This document shows, in pieces, positions 53,943 through 61,579 of a stretch of DNA of 64,000 bases (positions are counted from its first letter, which is position 1; the number at the start of each line of letters is the position of its first letter). The notes under the pieces were generated by a model. It did no database searches, was not told where the DNA came from, and worked only from the letters and a program-made list of their open reading frames with translations. Location of the stretch: the IMG/VR virus record IMGVR_UViG_3300025909_000005; one strand, 5' to 3'. Origin of the DNA: a virus. Lineage: Duplodnaviria > Caudoviricetes. The translations under genes and the position numbers were made by a program.

Positions 53943-54265
53943 TGACAATCAAGACACGAAACACCGGTAGCGGTCAGAAGGCCGCAGCTGTGAACCCGAT
54001 CCCATCAACCTTCCAGATCGGTGACATCGTGACGTTTGCCCCATGTGCAACGTGGCCCCGTCCCGGTGGTGTCTACGTTTCTTGGGTTGGGCTAGATGCC
54101 CTCGTCGTCGGCGTGAAGTTCGAGAAGAGCAAGGTGCTGTACGACCTTGCCATGAAGGACGACAGTGGGGGCTTCTACATAGAGCGACCTCTCAAGGAGG
54201 TCGACTCGATCTTTATTGAGCACACCATTCCAACTACCCCTGGCCTGCAGTACCTCCAGCCATGA
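53939..54265 (+). CDS. SH3/KOW-like hypothetical protein (108 aa)
   Basis: FQIGDIVTF...LVVGVKFEKSKVLYDL. Confidence 0.65.
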   Translation: MMTIKTRNTGSGQKAAAVNPIPSTFQIGDIVTFAPCATWPRPGGVYVSWVGLDALVVGVKFEKSKVLYDLAMKDDSGGFYIERPLKEVDSIFIEHTIPTTPGLQYLQP

Positions 54266-54597
54266 TGAAGACCGCTGACATCCAACTCGTGATCGAAACC
54301 CTCGAGGACGCGCTGCGCTCCTACGAAGGCGGCACCCTCTGGAACCCAGAGAAGCACATCGAGAACCTTCACAAGACGATCAACATCATGAAGCGTGAGC
54401 TGCGTGCGTCGAAGAGCCGCGACAAACTGGATACGCTGATCGCCGCACGCCACAACTCGGTGGCGCTCGACGCGAATGGTCGCGCCTTCGGTACAGTCAG
54501 CGACGAGCAGATCGAGGCAGTTCTGATGGGCGCGTTGAAGGACGTGCAGGAAAGAAGTGGTCTCAATGACCACGAAGCACCTTGGTCCTGGGACTAA
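54262..54597 (+). CDS. Hypothetical protein (111 aa)
   Basis: ATGA overlap; codon bias. Confidence 0.65.
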   Translation: MMKTADIQLVIETLEDALRSYEGGTLWNPEKHIENLHKTINIMKRELRASKSRDKLDTLIAARHNSVALDANGRAFGTVSDEQIEAVLMGALKDVQERSGLNDHEAPWSWD

Positions 54598-54620
54598 TCT
54601 CGAACTGTTACACTTGAACT

Positions 54621-54649
54621 GTGTACTTTCCCCATCAAGTCGCTATAAT
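54621..54649 (+). promoter_or_regulatory. Early promoter GTGTAC-N17-TATAAT
   Basis: Intergenic; same motif. Confidence 0.8.
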
Positions 54650-54687
54650 GAATCTATCGACTAACCAACCTGATGAAGGAAACGATC

Positions 54688-54969
54688 ATGACCCAAGTTC
54701 AAGACCAAGCCGTCCAATCGACCACCGCTCAGGTGGCCACCGTCAAGCCGCTCGCCGGCTACCTCGTCGAACGCCAGGCCCGCAAGCGCTGCACGTTCGG
54801 CCCGGTCTGGATTCAGTCGGTGCTCGCCGGCACCGTGACCGACCAGGTCAAGCTCGTCGAACACGCCGTCGCCCTCAAGGTCGGCGCCCGTTCGGACATG
54901 AAGCGCCTGAAGCCGGAAACCCTGCTCCGCAAGGTGCAGGAAGCGCTGGTCCCGGGCTACACGGCCTGA
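54688..54969 (+). CDS. Early monocistronic hypothetical protein (93 aa)
   Basis: Flanked by a GTGTAC/TATAAT promoter, SD AAGGA and a UUCG terminator; very strong codon bias. Confidence 0.75.
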   Translation: MTQVQDQAVQSTTAQVATVKPLAGYLVERQARKRCTFGPVWIQSVLAGTVTDQVKLVEHAVALKVGARSDMKRLKPETLLRKVQEALVPGYTA

Positions 54970-54988
54970 GCAACCGCTCATTCAACTC

Positions 54989-55012
54989 AAAAGGGGCTTC
55001 GGCCCCTTTGTT
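54989..55012 (+). terminator. Rho-independent terminator
   Basis: AAAGGGGC-TTCG-GCCCCTTT-GTT. Confidence 0.88.
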
Positions 55013-55015
55013 GCG

Positions 55016-55024
55016 TGTTAAAAT
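55016..55024 (+). promoter_or_regulatory. Extended -10 promoter TGTTAAAAT
   Basis: After a terminator; 6 nt before ATG 55031. Confidence 0.55.
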
Positions 55025-55030
55025 GACCAT

Positions 55031-55390
55031 ATGGCAAGCGCAAAGAAACGTGTACAAGAGCTCTTCGACAGGATGGATCTGACCGTCAATCCTGAAATGG
55101 GAATCTGGTCGCGCCAGTATCATGAAGTGGAGAGCTACGTCGAAGAATCTCCAAGGCTCGTAGTTAAGGCCTTCACAGAGCTCTTTGGCGCACCTGAGCT
55201 CCTTCTTCAATGGGACAAGACTGTTCGCTACGTCTTCACCATCTGCGATGGTGGAAAGCCGACGTGCGAGGTGCTTGTCGACCAGTACCATGAAGAAGGC
55301 GTCTACATCTGCTTCATTGACTTGGAAGCTGGTTTTCACGTCAATCGAGCTCAGTATGTCGATGATGAGTGTGAATGCGACTACGAATGA
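55031..55390 (+). CDS. Acidic hypothetical protein (119 aa)
   Basis: ATG 6 nt after TGTTAAAAT. Confidence 0.65.
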   Translation: MASAKKRVQELFDRMDLTVNPEMGIWSRQYHEVESYVEESPRLVVKAFTELFGAPELLLQWDKTVRYVFTICDGGKPTCEVLVDQYHEEGVYICFIDLEAGFHVNRAQYVDDECECDYE

Positions 55391-55818
55391 AGGCCGGCAA
55401 CTTCCCCCGCGTCAACATCATTGGCTGCAACCTCCCCTTCGAGGTGACTGAGGATGACTGGCTCGTCTCCATCGCAGATGCGAAGACCCCACCTGCACTT
55501 ACGATGCTACCGTTCGGTCGCATTCTCTACATGCACTTTGACGACGTCGGCGATGAGCGCGAGAGAAACGCCATCACAGACGAGCAGGCGAAGGAGATTG
55601 CTGACTTTATCAAGGAGGCTCGTGCCCAAGGCAAGAACCTCTGGGCAAACTGCCACGCTGGTATCTGTCGCTCAGGCGCTGTAGTCTCCCTTGCGATCGA
55701 CCTGGGTTGGGAAGATGCAAAGCACTGGAACTCTCCAGGCCGAATTCCGAACCACCTCGTCTTCAACAAGGTGCGCAAGCACTTCCCTGAACTCACCTAC
55801 TCTTGGGAAACCCAATGA
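55387..55818 (+). CDS. Protein-tyrosine/dual-specificity phosphatase-like protein (143 aa)
   Basis: Catalytic loop NCHAGICRSG (CX5R) and upstream HFDDV acid loop. ATG 55387 overlaps the upstream stop. Confidence 0.8.
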   Translation: MKAGNFPRVNIIGCNLPFEVTEDDWLVSIADAKTPPALTMLPFGRILYMHFDDVGDERERNAITDEQAKEIADFIKEARAQGKNLWANCHAGICRSGAVVSLAIDLGWEDAKHWNSPGRIPNHLVFNKVRKHFPELTYSWETQ

Positions 55819-56096
55819 GAACCTCAATCCTCCTTCTGGCTCTGCTCGCCCTCGCGGGTTGTAAGCAGGACACTTCCACGCAGGCCGTGATCACAGCGAC
55901 CGATGCGTGCCGTCACTTCGGCGGTCTCAAGTCAATCTCTGTCAACAACGACAACACCGACGGACCAATTCAGGAGGTCGTTGCCTCGTGCAATGGAAAG
56001 CCTGACTCGTACGGCACGGACATTGTCGTAACTCAGCACATCGACACCCGTCCTGCCCTTGCGGCCTCCGCTCCTGCTTCAGGCGCCTCACAATGA
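55815..56096 (+). CDS. Lipoprotein (93 aa)
   Basis: MRTSILLLALLALAG-C signal with LAGC lipobox; two further Cys. Confidence 0.8.
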   Translation: MRTSILLLALLALAGCKQDTSTQAVITATDACRHFGGLKSISVNNDNTDGPIQEVVASCNGKPDSYGTDIVVTQHIDTRPALAASAPASGASQ

Positions 56097-56443
56097 AGAG
56101 GCTCACCGTCGTGGTGAGCCTGCTTTGTATCTCTGCCTGCGCCACCCCACCAGAACCTAAGCTCGAGCTGAAGCTCGATATGAGCGACGTGGGGCTTGAA
56201 GGCATTCCCAAGTCAATGCGTACCCGCGAGAATGACATCGCGTGCGCAAGGGTGGCCAAGTACGCTGACGGCGTGAACATGCTTCGCATCGCAGGCGTGC
56301 TCAAGGAAGACCTACCCCATCCAGTTCTTGACTTCGATGCAGAAGTAGTGAAGAACGCCGTCTACAAAAACAGAGGAATCTACGACATCCTCTGGAACTG
56401 CTACACGCTTGGACCTGAGAACCTGTCTGTCACGCTCAAATGA
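56093..56443 (+). CDS. Lipoprotein (116 aa)
   Basis: MKRLTVVVSLLCISA-C signal with ISAC lipobox. Confidence 0.72.
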   Translation: MKRLTVVVSLLCISACATPPEPKLELKLDMSDVGLEGIPKSMRTRENDIACARVAKYADGVNMLRIAGVLKEDLPHPVLDFDAEVVKNAVYKNRGIYDILWNCYTLGPENLSVTLK

Positions 56444-56472
56444 GTGTACATCCTGCACCGACGTGCTATAAT
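56444..56472 (+). promoter_or_regulatory. Early promoter GTGTAC-N17-TATAAT (extended TG)
   Basis: Intergenic; same motif. Confidence 0.8.
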
Positions 56473-56498
56473 GGTTCTATCAACTCAAAGGACACACC

Positions 56499-56708
56499 TT
56501 GGCCAAAATGAAGTCGTGGTATATCGTCGTGATGCTGGGTGCGACCCAGGTCTCTGCCCGTGAATGCAGTTCCGTGGGCCAGTCCCGCGAGCTTTTCGAT
56601 GAAGTCAAGAAGAAGTACGCCGAGATCGACGAGCAGCGTCTCGCCGAGGCGAAGGCAAAGGGCGTCGATGCCCCGCGTCTGCACCAAGTTTCCCGCGAGT
56701 GGTACTGA
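56499..56708 (+). CDS. Hypothetical early protein (69 aa, TTG start)
   Basis: Promoter and SD AAGGA upstream. Confidence 0.65.
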   Translation: MAKMKSWYIVVMLGATQVSARECSSVGQSRELFDEVKKKYAEIDEQRLAEAKAKGVDAPRLHQVSREWY

Positions 56709-56863
56709 TGCGCATCATTCTGTACACGCTCGCTGCCATCATCGGTTGGCTGGTGTCCACGATCCTGTGCTACCAGCACGGATCACCGCTGATCGCAGGC
56801 GCGGGGCTGACGCTGATGATCTACAGCATCTTCACGCTCGGCCGCCTCACCATCAACCGCTGA
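56708..56863 (+). CDS. Small two-TM membrane protein (51 aa)
   Basis: My translation is MRIILYTLAAIIGWLVSTILCYQHGSPLIAGAGLTLMIYSIFTLGRLTINR. TGATG overlap. Confidence 0.65.
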   Translation: MRIILYTLAAIIGWLVSTILCYQHGSPLIAGAGLTLMIYSIFTLGRLTINR

Positions 56864-56895
56864 CCTCTTTCGTTCAACACCTGGAGAACCGTCCC

Positions 56896-57594
56896 ATGTT
56901 CCGTTCCGTCACTCTTCTCGCTGTCGCGTCCGCGATGGCCCTTGCCGCCTGCGGCCCATCCCAACCGCAGGTCGTGTACCAAGCGCCGCCGCAACAGCCG
57001 CAGGTCGTGGTCGAACAGCAGCAACCGCAGTACGTTCCGCAACCGCAGATCCAGTACGTGCCGCAACCTGTCTTCGTGCAACCGACCTACAACAACGGCT
57101 ACATGGACGTCGTCGCCGGCGCAGTGCTCTCGGCCGCCGTCATCAGCGCGCTCCGCCCGGACCAATACACCTACCGCAACGGCCAGTACTACTCGACCAC
57201 GGTCATCCACAACCACGTCGACCGCTCCACCTACGACCGTATCGCAGCGAAGAACGCCACCATCAACGCGCAGCGTGACACGATCAACGCTCAGCGCCAG
57301 GCGGCCGTCGCCAAGGAGAACCAGCACCGCCAAGAGCTCGCTGCCCAGCAGCAGAAGCACGACGCCGCCATGGCGCAGCAGAAGGCGCAGATGCAGGCCA
57401 GCCAGGACCGCATGAAGCAGCAGATGGCACAGCAACAGCAGGTTCAACAGCAGCGTGCCCAACAGCGCCAGCAGGCCGCGCAGCCCTCCACGTCCGGCGG
57501 CTTCAACGCCATGAGCCGCAGTGCCGCAGCCCAACCGACCCGCTCGGCCGCGCCGGCCGCCGCTCCTGCCCGCAGCTGGAACAAGAAGCGCTAA
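56896..57594 (+). CDS. Gln/Pro-rich lipoprotein with coiled coil (232 aa)
   Basis: Start ATG 56896 (SD GGAG). MFRSVTLLAVASAMALAA-C lipobox, PQ repeats and Q/A coiled coil. Confidence 0.8.
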   Translation: MFRSVTLLAVASAMALAACGPSQPQVVYQAPPQQPQVVVEQQQPQYVPQPQIQYVPQPVFVQPTYNNGYMDVVAGAVLSAAVISALRPDQYTYRNGQYYSTTVIHNHVDRSTYDRIAAKNATINAQRDTINAQRQAAVAKENQHRQELAAQQQKHDAAMAQQKAQMQASQDRMKQQMAQQQQVQQQRAQQRQQAAQPSTSGGFNAMSRSAAAQPTRSAAPAAAPARSWNKKR

Positions 57595-57611
57595 GCTTCT
57601 CTTCCTTCTTC

Positions 57612-57639
57612 AAAGGCCCCCCTCGTGAGGGCCTTGTTG
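57612..57639 (+). terminator. Probable terminator after the Gln-rich lipoprotein
   Basis: AAGGCCC...GGGCCTT-GTT stem. Confidence 0.6.
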
Positions 57640-57678
57640 CACTTGGACCTCAACATAGGACGAGTCCGACGCTCCCAG

Positions 57679-57687
57679 TGTTACAAT
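57679..57687 (+). promoter_or_regulatory. Extended -10 promoter TGTTACAAT
   Basis: Intergenic, after a terminator. Confidence 0.65.
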
Positions 57688-57732
57688 ACTCTATCGCCTC
57701 TCAACCCTGGTTACACGCTTGGAGGCGCATAA

Positions 57733-58215
57733 ATGGACAAGACAAAATCAAACGCACACTGGGTCGGTGACATCGCCGACATGCACACCAAGTTCGGTGT
57801 CAACCCCGTCATCAACAACCTGGACTACAACCAGCTCATGACGTTCCTGCAGTTTCGCATCGACTTCCTCCAAGAGGAGCTCGACGAGATGCAGGCAGCG
57901 AAGCAGAAGCTGAACTCGATGTCCTTCGCCGAGGTCACCTACGACATCGCGAAGGCAGAAGCCCACAAGGCAGCTGACGACATCGTCGACGCCCTCATCG
58001 ACCTCTGCGTCGTTGCGATTGGCACCCTCAACGCCTTCGAGGTAGACGCCTACGAAGCATGGAGCCGCGTGCACGACAAGAACATGCAGAAGAACGCAGG
58101 CGTCAACAAGAACCGCCCGAACCCGCTCGGCCTGCCTGACCTCATCAAGCCAGAAGGCTGGACCCCGCCAACTCACTCCGACAACATTGGCCTCCTCGCC
58201 AAGCTCGTGCCATGA
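57733..58215 (+). CDS. MazG-like/PRA-PH-type nucleoside triphosphate pyrophosphohydrolase (160 aa)
   Basis: LQEELDEM...DIVDALIDLCVVAIG...VHDKNMQK...DLIKPEGW.PP. Confidence 0.8.
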   Translation: MDKTKSNAHWVGDIADMHTKFGVNPVINNLDYNQLMTFLQFRIDFLQEELDEMQAAKQKLNSMSFAEVTYDIAKAEAHKAADDIVDALIDLCVVAIGTLNAFEVDAYEAWSRVHDKNMQKNAGVNKNRPNPLGLPDLIKPEGWTPPTHSDNIGLLAKLVP

Positions 58216-58400
58216 CCATCGACATTCTGCGGAACGCGTGCACCTCCCTCTACAAGCTGACTGGAAAGGTGGCTGAGGTAGAGGCGCTTCTGCTGAATGA
58301 GATGTTGACAGGTCGAATCGAGGACTACACGATCCTCGATCCGCTAACAGTCGCTGTGAAGATAAACCACTTCCAGAACTTCTACGTTTTCCCCCTCTAA
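58212..58400 (+). CDS. Hypothetical protein (62 aa)
   Basis: ATGA overlap. Confidence 0.5.
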   Translation: MTIDILRNACTSLYKLTGKVAEVEALLLNEMLTGRIEDYTILDPLTVAVKINHFQNFYVFPL

Positions 58401-58411
58401 GGAATCCAACC

Positions 58412-58822
58412 ATGATGAATATCCGCCAACGTTCGGTGAACGTTTCCCGTACCGAGCTCCTCGAGAAGCTGAAGGAAAACCGGAAGATCCACGCGAAGGA
58501 GTACGCCGACCTGCTGCTCGAGTTCCGTGCACGTCTTGAGTCTGACCTGAAGGCAGCGCTCGAGAAGGTGAGCAAGGCCAAGAACAACGAAAAGCTGAAG
58601 CAGTTCCGCTTCAACGTCGTGCCACCGCAGAACTACACGTCGCAGTACGACGAAGTCATCGAGATGCTGGAGATGTCGGTTGATGAGGTCATCAACCTCG
58701 ACGCCGAATCGTTCAAGGCCTACATCAAGAACGAGTGGTCGTGGTCCAACCAACTGATCACGTCGAAGGCCCTGTACGCCGCCGCCGGTTCGTTCCTCGG
58801 CAACTCCAACGAAGACTTCTAA
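58412..58822 (+). CDS. Helical hypothetical protein (136 aa)
   Basis: SD AAGGA; codon bias. Confidence 0.7.
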   Translation: MMNIRQRSVNVSRTELLEKLKENRKIHAKEYADLLLEFRARLESDLKAALEKVSKAKNNEKLKQFRFNVVPPQNYTSQYDEVIEMLEMSVDEVINLDAESFKAYIKNEWSWSNQLITSKALYAAAGSFLGNSNEDF

Positions 58823-58829
58823 GGCAACC

Positions 58830-59129
58830 ATGAAGATCGTTACGCGTAAGCCAGTTGTTGCGCGCGGTCCGAAGGTGATGAAGGACACCGACATTCAGGC
58901 GCTCTTCGACACGATCTGTCATGCTGCCAACGTAGTGGCCTCGACAAGTGACGAGCGCATGCAGATTGCTCGAACAGGCATTGAAGGCGCGGTGCTGGCC
59001 TTCTATTCCGCTGAGATCATCGACGCGCCTGCGTGCACGCTGCTAGCTCCCGACCGGCTGGTCGTTTCCTTCATGATGAGGAATGAGCCAGAACCCCGCG
59101 ACTTCGTTGAGATCGTTGTCGGCCTGTGA
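58830..59129 (+). CDS. Hypothetical protein (99 aa)
   Basis: SD AAGG; codon bias. Confidence 0.65.
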   Translation: MKIVTRKPVVARGPKVMKDTDIQALFDTICHAANVVASTSDERMQIARTGIEGAVLAFYSAEIIDAPACTLLAPDRLVVSFMMRNEPEPRDFVEIVVGL

Positions 59130-59515
59130 AGACGTCCTACTTCTCAAACATCCGCAACCTCAAGAAGGTGCTGTCGATCAGTCAGTACCCTCCGAAGTGG
59201 TACGCGGGCCCGCAGTTCAAGGTGCTGGCTCCTCCATGGGACCTCGTGAACCTGGCTCAAAAGGGCCTGTCCGATGTCCTGTATGAGAAGGAGTTCCACC
59301 GCCAAGTGCTTGCTGACCTTGACCCCCGTGAGGTCTACGACGCCATCGTAGCTGAGTACGGAGAGGATGTGGTGCTCCTTTGCTTTGAGAAGTTGGAGTC
59401 ACCGGGTGACTACTGCCACCGACGAATCGTGGCGCGTTGGTTCGAGAAGAACCTAGGTGTTGAGGTGCCTGAGTGGGAGAAACCTGCTCGGGTTCGCAAC
59501 ACAATGGAGTTCTAA
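59126..59515 (+). CDS. DUF488-like protein (129 aa, GTG start)
   Basis: TSYF...SISQYPP...LAPPW...VVLLCFE...CHRRIVARW. Confidence 0.75.
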   Translation: MKTSYFSNIRNLKKVLSISQYPPKWYAGPQFKVLAPPWDLVNLAQKGLSDVLYEKEFHRQVLADLDPREVYDAIVAEYGEDVVLLCFEKLESPGDYCHRRIVARWFEKNLGVEVPEWEKPARVRNTMEF

Positions 59516-59522
59516 TCTCCCA

Positions 59523-59528
59523 TAAATA
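59523..59528 (+). promoter_or_regulatory. Late promoter core TAAATA
   Basis: Upstream of the 59553 structural gene. Confidence 0.75.
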
Positions 59529-59552
59529 CCTGACTAGCAATCAGGTATCTTC

Positions 59553-60413
59553 ATGCGCACAATCAAGATCATCTCGGTCAACCCAAACGTTGGTGGCACA
59601 CCAGGCTCCATCGTCGTTGCCGGTGACTTCACGGCCATCTTCAATGGCAAGTTCTATCGGGATCCGACAACTGGAGCCACTCTTCCAGCCTACACGGTCA
59701 ACCCAGGCTCCAACTACGACCTGATCGATGCGACGCAGTTCGACGTCTCAGACAACGCGAAGTACTCAGGCCGCTACACCGTCTACACACCAACTGGCTC
59801 AGGCGACCTGCCACCAAGCAGCCTGGGTGGTGGCAACACGACCATCTACGTCAACGAGGTCGTTCCTCCTCTGGTTTCTGGTGATGCACCAAGCGTCGCG
59901 TCAGATGGCAACGTCGACAACATCTCGACGTACCTGCTCCAGGCTGGCGGCACGACAATCATCGTGCCGCCTGGCGTCGACCTCACGACGTATCCGCTCG
60001 AGTTCCAAGGCCGCAACTCCATCGGTTGGGGTGAGGTGTTCGCGCAGAACTTCCTGAACCTGGCCAGCAACTTCTCAAGCCCTACTCCTCCAGCCAACCC
60101 ATTTGTCGGTCAGATCTACTACGATACCGACGACAGTCAAGTGCGCGTCTGGAACGGCACGAGCTGGGGGCTGCTGAACCAGGCTTCTTTCGGCACGACG
60201 GCTCGCTTCACGCAGTCAACTCCTGCTACCACCTGGACAGTCAACCACGGGCTGAACCTCCAGTCACCGTACATCGCCTTCGTTCAGTTCTTCGTTGATC
60301 GTGGAGCCGGCCCGAAGCTGATCATTCCCTCTGACGTCTCCTTCGTTTCTGCTAACCAGTTGACGGTCACGTTCTCCAACCCAGAGCAGGGCTACGTCCT
60401 GGTTCGTCCATGA
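59553..60413 (+). CDS. Late virion structural (tail/fibre-associated) protein (286 aa)
   Basis: Late promoter upstream. WGEVFAQNFLNLASNFSSPTPPANPFVGQIYYDT...VWNGTSW and TWTVNHGL. Confidence 0.7.
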   Translation: MRTIKIISVNPNVGGTPGSIVVAGDFTAIFNGKFYRDPTTGATLPAYTVNPGSNYDLIDATQFDVSDNAKYSGRYTVYTPTGSGDLPPSSLGGGNTTIYVNEVVPPLVSGDAPSVASDGNVDNISTYLLQAGGTTIIVPPGVDLTTYPLEFQGRNSIGWGEVFAQNFLNLASNFSSPTPPANPFVGQIYYDTDDSQVRVWNGTSWGLLNQASFGTTARFTQSTPATTWTVNHGLNLQSPYIAFVQFFVDRGAGPKLIIPSDVSFVSANQLTVTFSNPEQGYVLVRP

Positions 60414-61540
60414 AGATCAATGAGCTCTTCGATCAGGAGGACCATGATGGCGACTCGACGTCTTCGAGCTTCGGCTACCATGTGACCAAAAAGATTGGTG
60501 ATCGCCTTCTTCAGTTTGAGGCTGCTCGCAGTGGTGAAACATGGGAGGTTTCATTTGGTCAGAAGATGCCGAATGGCGCGTTGAAGTACCAGCTCACCAA
60601 GACTGGTGATGAAATTCAAGTCTTCAGCTTCATCGTCTCTGCAATGCGGAGCTTCGTGAAGAAGTACCAGCCAAAGCGCATTCAGTTCAGCGTACGCAAG
60701 ATTGAGGGCTCACGCGCCTCGCTCTACCGCAAGCTCGTTGACCGCTTCCTGAAGGACTCTTACTGGAAGCAGGAGTACGAGATCGGTCTGGGATCTGCGG
60801 AAAAGTACGTACAGTTTGACCTCATCAAGAAGCCGACATCAGAGAGCCTTGATGAAGCGTTCGACAAGGCGACGAAGTACAAGGTAGTGACCCACAACAA
60901 CCACGAGTTCTGCGCCGAGTTTGAGTCTAATGGCAGGACCATTCGCGTCGACATCGAAGAGATGGGCGGCAACTTTGGCTGGGACATTGGCTTCATCGAG
61001 AAGTCAGGTAAGAACGGTGGTATGGGGGACTGGGCCGCGACTGGCAGCGGCGGTGAGTTGGAGGTCTTCGCGACTGTTAAGGCCATTGTGCATCAGTTCC
61101 TCCAGGAGTACAAGCCAAAGAAGATCGGCTTCGCGTCAGATCGAAGCGAGCTTAGCCGTGGTAAGCTCTACGATCGGTTCGTGAAACGTGGCATGTTTCC
61201 TGGCTATCGCCTGATCAAGAGGACTGATGACCCACGACAGATCTACGACAAGTGGGTTTTGGTTCGTGATGATTTGGATGAAGGCATGATGAAGCGGTCA
61301 AACCCCTTCGTCAGCGGAGAGCTTGAGCTGCCGAAGACGAGGGAGCGAAGCGTCGCTCCTACACCGGTCTCAACGAACGTTCGCGTTGAGAAGATGCTGA
61401 AGAATCTGGCTCAGCGTGCCAATGTCGACGTCTCTGTCGTTCGCAAGGCGCGTGACGAGATCATGAAGGACGTCGACTCGAAGCACCCAAACCGCTGGAA
61501 CATCATCATGTCCCGGCTGAACCGTCGCCTCGGCCTGTAA
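60410..61540 (+). CDS. Three-module putative internal head polyprotein (376 aa)
   Basis: Leader MKINELFD; internal SLDE-AFDK and DLDE-GMMK. Two tandem copies of one domain. Confidence 0.65.
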   Translation: MKINELFDQEDHDGDSTSSSFGYHVTKKIGDRLLQFEAARSGETWEVSFGQKMPNGALKYQLTKTGDEIQVFSFIVSAMRSFVKKYQPKRIQFSVRKIEGSRASLYRKLVDRFLKDSYWKQEYEIGLGSAEKYVQFDLIKKPTSESLDEAFDKATKYKVVTHNNHEFCAEFESNGRTIRVDIEEMGGNFGWDIGFIEKSGKNGGMGDWAATGSGGELEVFATVKAIVHQFLQEYKPKKIGFASDRSELSRGKLYDRFVKRGMFPGYRLIKRTDDPRQIYDKWVLVRDDLDEGMMKRSNPFVSGELELPKTRERSVAPTPVSTNVRVEKMLKNLAQRANVDVSVVRKARDEIMKDVDSKHPNRWNIIMSRLNRRLGL

Positions 61541-61565
61541 CGTCGAACACGTGGACCGGCGCCCA

Positions 61566-61574
61566 TGTTATAAT
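61566..61574 (+). promoter_or_regulatory. Extended -10 promoter TGTTATAAT
   Basis: 5 nt before ATG 61580. Confidence 0.7.
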
Positions 61575-61579
61575 GGGCT

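Noticed and set aside
55815-56443. Lipoprotein pair as spanins (Rz/Rz1)
   Set aside because: Both have lipoboxes, there is no N-terminal-TM coiled-coil partner, and they are not under a late promoter.
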